From Puccinia triticina (lineage: Eukaryota), in assembly GCA_026914245.1 (NCBI GenBank), contig CP110439.1:434001-498000 (forward strand): a stretch of DNA of 64,000 nucleotides. Reading direction: 5' to 3'. A model generated the notes under the pieces. It saw nothing but the letters and a program-made list of their open reading frames with translations, did no database searches and was not told where the DNA came from. Shown here piece by piece: positions 11,693 to 24,452 of this stretch (positions are counted from its first letter, which is position 1; the number at the start of each line of letters is the position of its first letter). Position numbers and translations under genes: made by a program.

Positions 11693-14600
11693 CAACACTG
11701 GGCCGGTACGATGCCGGTAACAGTATTGTAACGGTAACGTAACGATTTTTTATGCGTTACCGTTGCCGTTACCAGTAACGGAAGCGCGCTACCATTAGTG
11801 CGGATTTCTCCAAAAAAAAGAAAGGCAGCGATACGCTTTTTTTCTGCACACCAGAACAATTTTTTTTTTGTTACGATAGTAGGAAAGGGTACCGTTACTC
11901 GTTATTGGTAACGGGACAAAAGATGATAACAAGTAATTTAATTTTGATTGGTCAAGCGCCGGTGTTCTGCTTGGGCGCAGGCACCAGAGCTGCCAAAGCA
12001 TTGCCCGCCTCCTCAAAATCGCCGGTGAGGGGCACCTGCTCCCGCAACCACATCAAGCTGCTGACGCAGCGAGACATTGTTGATGGAAGCAAGCCACCTC
12101 GCCTACTGCTGCAGACATCAGAAGCTGCAGAGAATAAGCGCTCCACCGCGCATGAGCTCCCAGAGCAACCGAGGTACGCTCGTGCCATCCGCAAGAGTGA
12201 GGGATAGGTTGCACAGTTGTCTTTCCACCACTTCAGGGCTGTCGATTTGTCCTTGATTTCTTTACCATTGAAAACAAGCTGGGCTTTGAGGAAGGTTTCA
12301 ACTTCGTTTTTGTGCGGAGTCGAGGGCTTCTGAGTCATGCGGGAAGCCAGCCGAGCCATGAGAGAGTCTGGCTCAGCCTCCGGGAGTTCCCCTATGACAG
12401 TTATATCTGGTTTGGGAGCGTCCAATGTTGAGGTGGACGGCTTGTTCTTGTATTCCAAGAATCGGCGATTGAGCAGTTCCAAGCACTCTCGGACCTCCTT
12501 ACTTTTGGATCCAAAAACAAGCTCGAATATATCCATCCGGTAGCATGGATGGAGAATGGGGGCTAGTATGAGTGTCTCACACTGCATCGCTTCAGCCAGG
12601 TACTTCTCGACGCGCTTCAGCATCGAGTAGTACATTGGATACAATGTGTCACTTTCTTCTGACCGGTCGAGCTTTGCAGAGATCTGATCCTTAAGCTCCA
12701 GATACTTAGGGATCACATGTGCACCGGTGGCGTGATTCCCTTCCATTTCCGAGGTGAGTTGGACAAAAACCTAGTGATTTTTGTTTGGTCAATGTCGGTA
12801 TGACAGGCTACACCACATTGGCTATTAAATAGTAAATACACATACCTCAAGCTCGCGGTTCAAGTTATCGATCTCTTTCCAATCTCGAGGGGTAAATAGA
12901 ACATCATTGAAAATTCCTGGTTCGTTCTGCTGTTGATCTTCTTTGAGAAGTTGATCGATGACCTCTCTTGCCTCAATCGCTTTACGGTGGCTTTGGTATC
13001 TTATGTTCCATCGAATGCCGTAACCGGCGATCAATGGGGCTACCTTCAAGCCCAAACGTTCAGCCGTGCGGTTGAATCTGGCTCGCTGCGCAGCAGATCG
13101 GGTGATCTGTTTAATCACTGTATCAAGCTTTGTGATGAGCACTTGAAGCTTGGTCGTATTTTGGTGCTTTTCGGAATCTTCTACTGGGGAAGGAGGATTG
13201 GAATCCTCGCCGGTATCAGTGTCTGAGAGCTCGTCATCCGCATTGCCGTAATCACTTTCCGAAGTGCAATCATCATCGAGGGGGGCTGCATTTGCCGTTG
13301 GAACTGCAGGAGTTGCCGAACCATTCTTTCCAACCGGGGGTTCTTCATCCTCCTCAGTGATTCTTCCAAGAACTGGAAAAAATCCTAGGACCGATTCCTT
13401 TGTCTTTCCCGGAGGAAGAATCTTAAGTGATAAGGATTCAAGGCCGGCGTTGACAATGAAGGCCAGCTTATGACAGAAGCACCAAACATGCATAGTCATT
13501 GGATCCCACGAGTCCGTGTTGGGTGGCTCGTTGGAGTAAAGCAAACTGTACATTTCATGGGCCATGGTCTTGTTGTTTGAGCCAGAGTCCGTCGTCTGTG
13601 CGAGCATCTTGTGAAACAACTTCTTCTTAGTGAGGAGGCTCGCAATAGGTCGCGCGAGTAAATGACCAAGATGTTTCCAAGGTATCATTTTAAGAGTCAA
13701 GTGTCGGACCGTATACACCCAATCCGAGTTGATGAAAGCCACCGCGGCCCCAATAAAAGCAAATCTGTTACCCTTTGTCGTCCATACATCATGGATTAGG
13801 GTGAACTTGGTGTCCAGGTTCTTCATAAATGTAAAATGTCAGTGTATATAAAACAGAAACAACAGGGTAATAGAAGCGTACATTTAACTCATCAAAGACA
13901 TTTTTCTTGAGCATTGAGTACAGCTTCTTTGACTCCTGGGCCGACCACTTGCGACCGTAGAGAATAGCCTTGGGATTGGAGTACTGAAAAGCCGCACGGA
14001 GTGAAGGATCTTCAATCCGTGACCAGGGCAGGGCCTGTCGGATCTGCCACATCATGATCAATTGGTTGAGAACCCGATTGACAAAAGTGGTCTTGGGTTG
14101 AAGAAATCCGCTGATCACAGTTTGCTTTGGATCACCCCCGCCATTAGCTTGGGAAATGTTGCGTTCGGCGACTGAGAGTGGTAGTTTTGCACCCGCCTTC
14201 TTAGCTTTCTCTCGGTTCACACAGCCGTGGCTTTTCTTTTTGGACTGAGTTGATCCATCTCGATGGACTTTTAAGTTGCCTCTAGAGGTTGCGTGCGCAC
14301 GATAGATCTCTCCGCACCATTTGCACTTGTAATTGATTTGAGTGTTAGGTTTATCGCCTTTCTTCCAAAAAGGCTCTTCAAAGAACTCGAAGAGATCATC
14401 ATACTGCTTTTCTACTTTATTTTTTTTGGCTTCCCTCGGCTGGATTTCAATCGATTTGTCGGTGTCCTGACTGAAGTCGTACGCCTCACCGTCTGAGTTT
14501 GTCTAAAGTAAAAAGTAAAAGGCAATGTTTTCATTTGAATCATACTTCTAATAGTAATATGATACAAATATATTTGTATTTTTACACGCACCTGACCCTT

Positions 14601-15297
14601 GGTTGCCTTTTTCTTCTTCAACTTTTTTTTTTTACAACAATAGCAGGGGTCGCCTCGGGCTCTGATGACTCTTGTTCAATAATCCTTTTCTTCTTTGGCT
14701 TGGCTCTTGGTGCCTTTGATGAGCCAGATTCCAAAGAAGCGGCCGCCGGCGCCTGGCCCGGTTTGGTTAATCTGACCCAAGAGTCCGAAGGCGTTGCAAC
14801 CATACCCGTTTCCAAAGCCGCCGATGAAGCTCTGGCTGAACGGCGGAGCTGAGACTGGTCGGTCGCCTATCCGCCAGCATCGATGTCTTCGGTACCTTGG
14901 GGAGCTTGACTTTTTGGTGGCATGATTGTTTTTGATTGTTTCAAGATGAAAAAGAGCAGCAATGACGAGCAGAGAGGGACGTTGATTTAGTGAATGACTT
15001 GAACAATACTGGAGAGATTGTCAGAAGCCACTAGCCCCTGACAGCGCAAAAAATCAGGGGTCAAACACAGGGGTACAGGGGTAAAACTTGTTACACGGCG
15101 TTACTATGCGTTACGACGCGTTATGAGGCGTTGCAATAGCCAAATCTCACACCAAAAAAAAAAAAAACACGATTTGATAGAGACAAGCCACAGAAAACAT
15201 TGTTACTGATGGCGGTAACGGTCCATCTGGGTACTGGGGAACAATTCGATACGAAAATAGGGCCAATATCGTATTGAATCGTACCGGCCCAGTGTTG
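11693..15297 (-). mobile_element. hAT DNA transposon (~3.6 kb)
   Basis: 20-bp TIRs CAACACTGGGCCGGTACGAT / ATCGTACCGGCCCAGTGTTG. TSD ATATCAC(C), 7-8 bp with an ambiguous boundary C. GTAAC/GTTAC subterminal repeats. Confidence 0.95.
11952..14923 (-). pseudogene. hAT transposase (BED finger, DDE, C-terminal dimerisation domain), spliced, probably inactivated
   Basis: Motifs YKCKWC...H (BED), HDVWTT, TTDSGSNN, CFCHKL, IRWN and WWK...YPSL..MARAYL...SSCAVERLFS. An early TAG follows the putative ATG at 14923. Confidence 0.88.
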
Positions 15298-18200
15298 ATA
15301 TCACCTGCCGAGTTGTTCAAACCTACCGGGCCTCAAATGGACAAGGGACCTCGAGATACCGAGAACAGTGCAGTTTCCAACTCTGCCAATTACGGTGGGA
15401 AATTACCTGCTCCTTCTTTCCTGCCCTATGTCATACTTCTATATGCTAACCCGTCAGCAGCCTACTGATAAATTATGGTTTTTGGATTTTACAGCCCCAG
15501 GTCCACCTCTGGATAACGCTCCTCAGTCCAAAATACCTGTACCACCTGAATCAAGTCGTGAAATTGAGTCTGGCGGTAACCAAAACGACAAATCTCAAAC
15601 CTCGGGAATCCCTGCTTCTCTTGCACCAAATACTTCCAACGGTGGTGATCCAGGAGCCACCAACTTGCCAACCAATCTAACTATCCTCAAGTCAATCGAT
15701 GCACAAATTTCAGTGATCAAGATCTCTCAGGAAGTTGATGGTGTGAGGCCAAACTGGGAGAGGTACAAAACCACATGGGCTGCTCTCTCAAAACTTGCTC
15801 AATTTTGAGCTCAATCTCTCCAGAACCCAGGTCCACACAGCATGGATTTTCACTTTGAAAGAACTTCCTGCTCATACACTTCTTGGATTAAAAATATTAG
15901 CTCTCTGGGTTAGTTGCACATCCTTGTTTCACTTCATTTCACCTCAATAATTTAACATTCATCGTACTCTCCCCTCAGCCACCGACTTCTTAGCTCCATC
16001 TCCAAATGACCAATGGAACTGCCCAGACGTCATCGATTTCGATCTGATTTTGGTATTTGCCCAAAGAGAAAAAACTGGCTCCTCTGAGCCATTTGTCTCT
16101 CCCACCTCGAAAACCAAACATCCTGAGTCCACACTCGTCCGATTTCTTCACCGTCTCCAAAGCCCACCTCCTGCACTCATCTCCGAGTGGGCCAAGATAA
16201 TTGCTGCATCAGTTGAGGTCATGGCTTTTAAGCTCTACAACCCACCACCTCCAACTCCTGATGCCAACGACGAACCAATTAACCAAGGTCTTCAGGTTCT
16301 TGAATGGCTTGAAGGACTCAAGAAATTGCTCTCAAATTTTGAAACGACTAGTGAGACCGACCAAACCTCTGCTGATGCCAAAGGAAATGTTGTCCAGCGC
16401 TCTCACGCCATCGATGTCCTGAAAGAATTTGCTAAGGTCATAATCGACGTATATATGGGATACATTATATTCCAAGTTCACGGTCTCAGTGGACCTCCAC
16501 TAAAAAACAGCCAGGTCAAGCGAAAATCTCAAGCCCAAGAAGCCACAGCCAATCTGTCAAACTCAGGATCCAACCCTGGTCTCACTCAAATTGCTGCCGG
16601 AGACGCTTTAAAGACGAAAACCACGGCTGTCCAGAAACTCAAGGAAATCCAGACTAGGCACAACTTCCAGCCCCTCACCTACTTCCTTGTTGGCGGTGTT
16701 CAAGGTCTCTTTGTCGCTTCCAAAAATTACCGCCACTCCCCAGTATCAGAATGTATGTCATTCATCCAGTCAATGGCGGCAATTAATGAGTGGTCCAAAT
16801 CACCTCGAACACCAGAGGAACCGATCTGGAAAAATCTGTCAGCATACCTGGTTGAAATCTTCAAACCGGCATTCCAGTCACCCGGTAAAATTGTACCTAT
16901 CCAAAAAAAGCCAGATCCTCATGAGTTAGCACAGGCTATTACGGTAGACTTTTTGACCCATTGGAGGACCAACCAACCTAGCTGTCCATTTCTCATTCCC
17001 CAGGCACCTCGCCAAATCACCGAAAAGTAATGTGTCTCCTTGAGTAGCTCTGTTGCAGTACATAACCCCCTCCTGTTTCACTGTGTCAACACCCCCCTCT
17101 TTCAGCTCCTCCAATCTGCCAACGATAGTGTGCCTTTCTCTTCATTTCAGGTAAATGGCTGCCTATGTTCAATATCTGCCTTCCTTAGCTGTTTGTTCTG
17201 AAAATTGTCAGATTTTTGTGTGCTCCAAAGTGTGTACATAAAAATGACATTGAGTTGAAATAGATTGCACATGAAACTTTTGAAGATTTGCTTGTTTGCC
17301 CCAAAAATAACCAAATCGGCCTCTTTTCCTGTCCTGACTCAGGCAGTCTGATCTCTGTCAACTCCTTACTATGTCACATGAGGATTGTCTTGGCTCCTAG
17401 GTTCTATGTGCTTTAAAATAAAGCAATTGTCTTTTTCTTACCCTTGTAGTATACCTATTGAAGGCTATCATGTAGAACCCTTGTGATAGGAATTGTGTGA
17501 ATTTTTGCTCCGGTGCAGACCACCACCCTCTTATCTGAAAGAGAATAATACCTGGAGGAAATATTGTCAATAGGTCCTTTGCACTCATTCCAAATCTCAG
17601 TTACACATACGTGACTTTTGTTTGTTACTTTAGACAATAATCAAGACTAGGGATATTCTAAGAGGCTGTTGACCGTCTTTTGCCTCCCTGTAAAAGTGTT
17701 TCCTGTCAAAATTCACCGATTTGAGTCTTCCTTTGTTTCAAAGGATTCATGTAGACACATCCAGCAGTGTGGTTATTTGATTATTCTGCACTGGGAATTG
17801 GTGAGAGATAATTAATTTTATGTGAATAAGTTTCATTTGGATTCACTTGAAAATCTTGAATGCTATCTGATGAAATCACTTCAAAGTCATTTCTTTGATT
17901 TTCTTTCTCTGAAATTACCAAGATGTAGGAATATGTCAGGGAGCAAAGGTCACACAGAAACCTTTGCTGGACATGTTAAGGGATAAGTGTCATGTAAAAT
18001 CCAGTATTAAACTCAAACTGTGTTATATACTGCAAAGGCAGTCACCTGTTGCACTTTCTCCAATCCAAAAAAACAATATGCTGGCCAGAGAATCACGACT
18101 TATGCCTCCCAAACTGCAAAGTACTGCACTTACTCCAAGGAACCTTTTGCACATTCTAACTATACTCTATCAAGGTTCAATAACATTACACAGGTATTTG

Positions 18201-18361
18201 GCATGAGGAGGAGCAAGAATTTACAAATCTCATATGGCTTGGATAAAGCATCATCATTTTTTATCAAAGAAACACATCAAACAATGTCTCAAAGATGGGA
18301 AGGAGGAAACTTTTGGGAAGTGGGAAAAGACAAAGAGGAAATAGGATGAAGTGTTGTATTT

Positions 18362-19254
18362 TCACTTAAATCTGTCCAAGGCTGAATGAAATGATCTCTT
18401 TTTTCCGTTCCTTCTCTTTGGTAACTTCACCAGTGCCCAATCGTCTACGTTTAACTGTTGAATTTTTTTGGGATTTGACCTGAGGAAATATCTGGTTGAT
18501 ATTGAGCGTCCTAAAACTTCGAGGCTGTTGACCTTCGCAAAAAATAAGTGTCAATTGTAACCCAGCACAAGAAGCAGGAGTGGGAAAGTGTGGCAGCTGA
18601 TCACTTACTGTTGTTTCCACAATGTGAGCATCCTTATAGGATTCAATCCCAGCCTTACCACCAAACTTGATCCAGTCCCCACGTTGAAGCTGACACATTT
18701 TCCCCAAAAGTTCAGAGTCCCAGGCAAGAAGTCGGATCGAGGCCCCCTGCAATCAGTTTGCATGAGTTCTAAGTGAGTTCAAAATTCATATAACTATCAC
18801 CTAGTTTCACCAGACAGCGTACCTTCTTTGGTAATGCGTCCTGAACAGTCACATAGCTTTGTTGACAAGCAGTCCAATTGTAATTAACCTTTACCACATA
18901 TCCAGATCCCCAGACGCGAGCCTTGTGAAATTCCTCGACCAATTCAAAGCTTTGGCCTTGGTGTAACACCCACTTTCCTTCGCCAACCGTAACCTCGGGG
19001 TAACCACCAAAAGTACTAGCAGTAAGGTATCCAGTGAAAAAGATTTGGGTTTCAGGATTGTAAATGAAAGGAGGGGGATCTGGGCTGCATGACTTTAGAA
19101 TGACATGGAATTTTGACAGTTCAGAATATGGGATATGTTGGACTATATCATTGGAACTGATCACAGTGGTGAGATGGATAGTATTATCTAAAGATCCATG
19201 AATCGATGTGATATCCACTAGAGAAATGTGCAGGTTTCCAGATATCTCAAACAT
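18362..19254 (-). CDS. Putative OB-fold (SSB/RPA-like) protein, ~246 aa; exons 19254-18823, 18746-18609, 18532-18362
   Basis: The spliced frame is intact and beta-rich. The second half reads RVWGSGYVVKV..YVTVQD..GASIRLLAWD..LQRGDWIKFGG..IVETTVNSLEV, matching an OB-fold strand pattern. The fold call is an inference. Confidence 0.55.
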
Positions 19255-19953
19255 TGTCGTAAATTTCTAATGTGGAGGTCTGGAGACAGATAACAGTACT
19301 GGAGGTATAGGGGGAGTTGATAATCATGAGGGGTTTGATCATCGGTGGACCATTCCTATTTAAGTTATTTTGGTGGGACCTCATGTTCCAAAACCCCACA
19401 TACCACCACAATTTCTGCAACCAATAGCTGCTTCACCCCTTTCAACTCTTTAATCAAGGGGAGAAGATTTACAGAAGGGAGTCCCACCACATATCCAAAT
19501 AAATTACCACAGGGATGTTTAGACTTTGGGGTTTCCAATCAATAAATATTTGTGGCACACGTCGAGATGTCTAAGGGACACCAGCAGAAATAAGAAAAGG
19601 GCTTCTGTTTAGTTTTTTGGGGATGTTTGGTTGTGCCGTACATAATGAATAACTATACGCAAAACCCCAAAAGCAATATGTAGGTGTTATGTATGCAGAA
19701 GCACAAAGGAAATGATCACCATGTGATGCAGCATTTTTTGTGAGGCTTTATGTTTGAGAAAATGATTCACAAATGAAGTGCTTACACCACATTGAACTAC
19801 GATAGGCCTTTGTCCAAAATGAATTTGACCGGTATCTCCACTCCTGTATAATTTTTATGTAAACTATAAGGGCCAAACACATCAATTCACCACGTATTTC
19901 TGCCCAAAAAAATCAATTCCCTGCATATTTCTGCCTCAAAATGGAATAGCTAG

Positions 19954-19997
19954 GGCTTGTCACCAAAACGTACGCGCGTACGTTTTGGTGACAAGCC
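19954..19997. repeat. Perfect palindrome, copy 3 (36-bp core 19958-19993, extended to 44 bp)
   Basis: GGCTTGTCACCAAAACGTACGCGCGTACGTTTTGGTGACAAGCC, read directly. Confidence 0.97.
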
Positions 19998-22911
19998 TTC
20001 TGTGCTGGAAGATTCAACCTCAGCCAGCACCCCCACCTCAAATAAAAACTGTCGAAGCACTATTTTTCATATGACAATAAAACGCCAGTTCACCATTTGA
20101 TGTCAGTCCAATATATACATCTTATCCTTCCCTTCTCGAAGTGGAGGGGGTAAAGAAATGTAAATTGTTCACCCCTCTTGCTAGCCAGTTAACATGTATC
20201 ACAGTTTTGAACTGCAGTTGGGTGATATCCCAACTGACACTCCCTGACAGCGTAATTCATCTGATCAATGCACAGTACCTGCATGCTTGTGTACCTGTAT
20301 TCATATCCCAACTGTCTGAAATGAATTTTTTTAGGGATATACCTCCTTCAACATATTTTCACCCAATGTCTAATACCAGTTTTTCACAACGATTTTCAAT
20401 GTTACACACAAGTACATCCCAAAAAAAGTGCCTGGTAATTTAATGCTGGCATATTCCAGGGGAGATCCCCCCCAAAATCTATGATGTTGTCACAGAATGG
20501 TTAAGTCAGAAGCCTATGAAAACGTAGCATACTTGTCTTTTCATGTTTAGTTTATTTGATCAAACAAACTACACTAACAGTGACCTGACTTCAATGTATC
20601 CAAACCTGATTGTGCCAGCTCCTCAAATCTTCCTCTTGTGATTTGAAACCTCCTCAACAATATCTAATTCACAGTTGCATTGAAGCAATCATCTCCAAAC
20701 AGATTGGAAAATCAGAACCAAGAGCTGAAGGCATTGATTTGTATTCGATTCCAGGATAGCATCTCATACTTCCTCCGCAAAAGATTTTAAGGGGGGGGCC
20801 TATTCCATTTATAGACTCATAAATCCATATCATGTATAGGTATTGGATTGTTTTTTGCCACACAATTTTCAGCTCATCTCAAACTTGATAAAAGTCCACT
20901 GCACCAACACCGCAAAAGCCACACCAAAAGGGTATCATCAGCTTTCCCATCAAGAAAATGACACTTGAATTTCTCTGTTTCACTAGCACCGTGCATCAAT
21001 TTCACGTTGATTGTTTGCATTGTGTTACTTCATTTCAGTTGTATGTGAAAGATCATGTTATTCTTATGCAAACCAAAAGTAGTGATTTAGATTTAGATTT
21101 ATATTTTTATTCTCTCCTGGAAGGTTTTTTCAAAAACATCTCAACTCATCCAAAAGTCATGTGATTATGTTAATGTCCCTTTTCCTCATGACTATGAGGC
21201 TTCTCATCAGGTTGAAGTGTTGGATTTGATTGACAGTTGAACTATGTGGAACATGTCTTCTGCTTTAATACTGATCAAAAGCACAGCAAAATTGTCTTCA
21301 CGCAATGCAAATTTTCATGTGTATGCTTCAGAAACTAGCATCCTGCAAATCATAGACCCACTGATCTTGTCTAATCCTATATATGTATACTACATAATTC
21401 CTCACTCACGAAGCACCCCACTTTGCAGGCTGGTACAGTTTTGAGTACCCTGTAATTATTGAGTACCATGGAATTCCTGTCATCTCTCTTAAGTATTTGC
21501 AACAATTCAAGTTTTTGATTAAAATTGCATAAATTTCAAATGTTTGTTGGAAATAGGCAAACACTTCTTTGCTGGCCGACATCTTCGCTCATGCAGAGTA
21601 TTCACGGCATCACACATCTCATTATTCTCTTTGAAATGAAACAGCCACTGCCCGCTTTAACTTGAAAATCTGTGCATCTGTCCAGCTTTCCATTTCATAG
21701 ATACCTTTTTCACCTTTTGCACATGTGTAACTTGAGTTTTTCGATTTGTTCTAATCTAGTATCTTGGCAAAAGTATTCTCCTTATTTTGTCTCTCATATT
21801 GAAGCATGTATGGATTACCCTTTTGATGGTAATTGTCAGGTTGGTTTCAACACCACGGAAGCCTAAGTGTGAATTTGCAGTGCCCAATGTGGGTTCTGCA
21901 GTTGAAATGTGCAGAATTGCTGTGCGAGTTGGTACATTAATCCTGAATTTATTTGCTTTCCTGCTGAAGCAAGCCAAATTGCACAGTGGGTGCCTCGAAC
22001 TCAGGATTCCCAGATGGCTTAACTCAAGCCCCCTCCACGTTGCAGCAAACGCGATTTGCAGGAACTCGAGTTCGCTGGAACTCAGAAATCCTGACTGGTC
22101 TCTTCATGTGTCAGTATTAACACTTCCAAAAACTCATCTGCACTTCTAAAACAACCATCACTCTGCCTTGCTCCAATCAATCAACCTTCTTGACCGGTAG
22201 CTCATCTCCCTCGCTGCAGAGCAACAAACAAGCAAACGATTCAACCGATCAAACGAACAAACTACTGAACAATCAAACAAACAAACAATCAAACGATCAA
22301 ACGATCAAACGAACGAACGATTAATCGCGCGCACGATTGCTTGCGCGTACAACTTATCTTTCAAGCAACCGCAGGTAAACAGCTCCTCCTGACTCGGAAA
22401 CTGTGTATGTATAACATTCTTCATTCCATTCCGAACTTTAGAATCTTCGCTTCCTCCCCATTAATTGATCAATTAATTAATCCTCCAACTGACCATGATG
22501 CTTTGTCTCTTTCAGGGCCAATCGTTCTCATCTCACCCCCTCGTATGTACTCCTTCCACTCTGAGCATTCATTGTTGCTAACACAAAAACCTTCCCTTGC
22601 TTCAATATGTATCATTTTGAACAATGTCCTTGATCAGGCTCTGACAGCGTCATCACTAGGACCCGGCTTTCTTTTTTGGCTTCAAGAGTGTGAAAACAAA
22701 CGATCGTTCAACATACCTACATACAAGGAAGTGAGTTGAAGCATTGGCTTGCCTTCCTTTCAATAGATCAATCGATCGATCAATCGATCAAATGACATAA
22801 TGATGAATAAATCACCGTTTGCTACAGGACGCTAACATATGTATGATTCTTCTAACCTTACGCTATTGTCACATAGCTTTCATCGAAAGACAAAACACGC
22901 TTCATTCCGCA

Positions 22912-24452
22912 ATGCAGAACCAACATAAAACCGTGCCTCCGCAGCTCAACACCCGGGATCCTAGTGTCAACGTTAGCGGACCCAACAAGCGATCTGCAGA
23001 CCATGGAGATGAAGAGTAAGCAATATTTTCCTTCCTCCTTGACATTATTGCTGGTTTATGAGCAGGTGGTCAATGCTGTTGGCCTGAGCATCCATTCAGG
23101 CCCGGTTGACCACCGTGTATGCTCAGTCTATTGGAGGAGGGTTGCTGCAGGATTGGTGCTGTTGGACTGAGCATCTATTCAGACCCGGCCCTTTCCCGCA
23201 AATATTTTTTCTCTGTATACCTATGTCTTTCTCAAGATGCCAAGGCTTGACTAACTTGTATCAAAACAGGAACTCATCCCGCAAAAGGGTGCGCCTGGGG
23301 AAAAACGTTAAGCAATGGGCGTTGAAGAAAGCAATTGCTGTTTCCCCGTTTCAAGCATCCGCCTCCACTAGTGAGACTCCAGAACAAGTCAATAACAAAA
23401 ACATTCCTCCTCCTGATCCCAACAACAACGATAACGACAACAACGACAACAACGACAACAACACTACCAAACACATCTACTTCTACCTTGTGCCCCCTAG
23501 CCGCCAGGAAGACCTCCAACCCTCAGAACCAATCACCAGCAATGAAACGCTACAACAGTATCATCACTTCACTCACGGAACGTGCATTGCCTCGCCTCGC
23601 GGTCAGCCGGCATTCTGCAAGGTCAAATATGTCCCTTTTGATTCAATGTCTCCAGAAGAGATTCAAGGTTGGGAGAAACTAGTCTGTCACTTCTTTGACA
23701 GGATGCATTATGTTGAGCGGGTGAAAAACAACGGGCCTCAAATGGAAGGATGGATGTGTGCTGATGGATGGCGTAAGGGATGTAAGAAAGAGTCGTTTGG
23801 ACGTTATTGCTCTGTTGGTAAACTCCGCAAGATGATGATCCTGGCCAAGTACGATCCTAAAGATGAGGCAACCTCAATCAAAGAAGCAGGTGATTTCATC
23901 TCACTCCAGCTCCAACACCTTGCCCCTGGCGTCTTTGAATCGTACCGCAAAACCCTCATCGAGAACAACTTGCCATCCATGTCTCACATGGAGTATCCTA
24001 TGCCTTACGATGCTCTTGACTTCCCCTCTTTTCTCACCTTCACCATGTACAACTTCCACAACGGACCCCACGTTGACACCGATGCCAACCATTGGACTCT
24101 TGTTTGCTGGATTCCCATCTTCAACCCAAGGACCGCCTCAGAAGACGACCCAATTTTGGCTGATGAAGGGTTTGATATGGTAGGAGGTCAATTCACATTT
24201 AGGAATTTTCAGCTTTGCTTGGACTTGCACCATGTTTTGGGTGTTACTCTCTGTGTTTTCAGGTCCAGGGATCACATACACCAGACTCTTCCTGGAGCTT
24301 CTCCATCAGACAAGTACACTCGTATAGGTTTCTCTTGTCAAATGTCTGAAGCTATGTCTAATGCTGTAGTTGCTTACATTAATTGCACCGCTCCCTCCCT
24401 TGAAGTGGCCGGCCAACAAAAACAAATAGAAAATGCTCAGAAGAAGTTGTAG
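22912..24452 (+). CDS. TET/JBP-like 2OG-Fe(II) dioxygenase; main exon 23270-24452, upstream exons uncertain
   Basis: Motifs GWM.ADGWRK..GRY, FLTFT...HNGPHVDTD (HxD), GGQFTF, HIHQT (distal His) and TRIGFSCQ (2OG-binding Arg). A CTAAC branch site and CAG acceptor precede 23270. Confidence 0.8.

Larger units (their letters stand above)
10837..17030 (+). pseudogene. Large multi-exon hypothetical gene (Pro/Ser/Thr-rich N-terminus, helical C-terminus), interrupted by a hAT transposon
   Basis: ORF pieces 10837-, 11036-11344, 11434-11692, 15298-, ~15500-15808 and 16050-17030. Removing the hAT and one TSD copy restores ..PQTISPAELFKP.. in frame. Premature stops at 11342 and 15806. Confidence 0.65.

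Noticed and set aside
20000..22000. Right terminus of the proposed giant element, or additional genes
   Set aside because: AT-rich decayed sequence with only short ORFs; no TIR can be verified without the left end.
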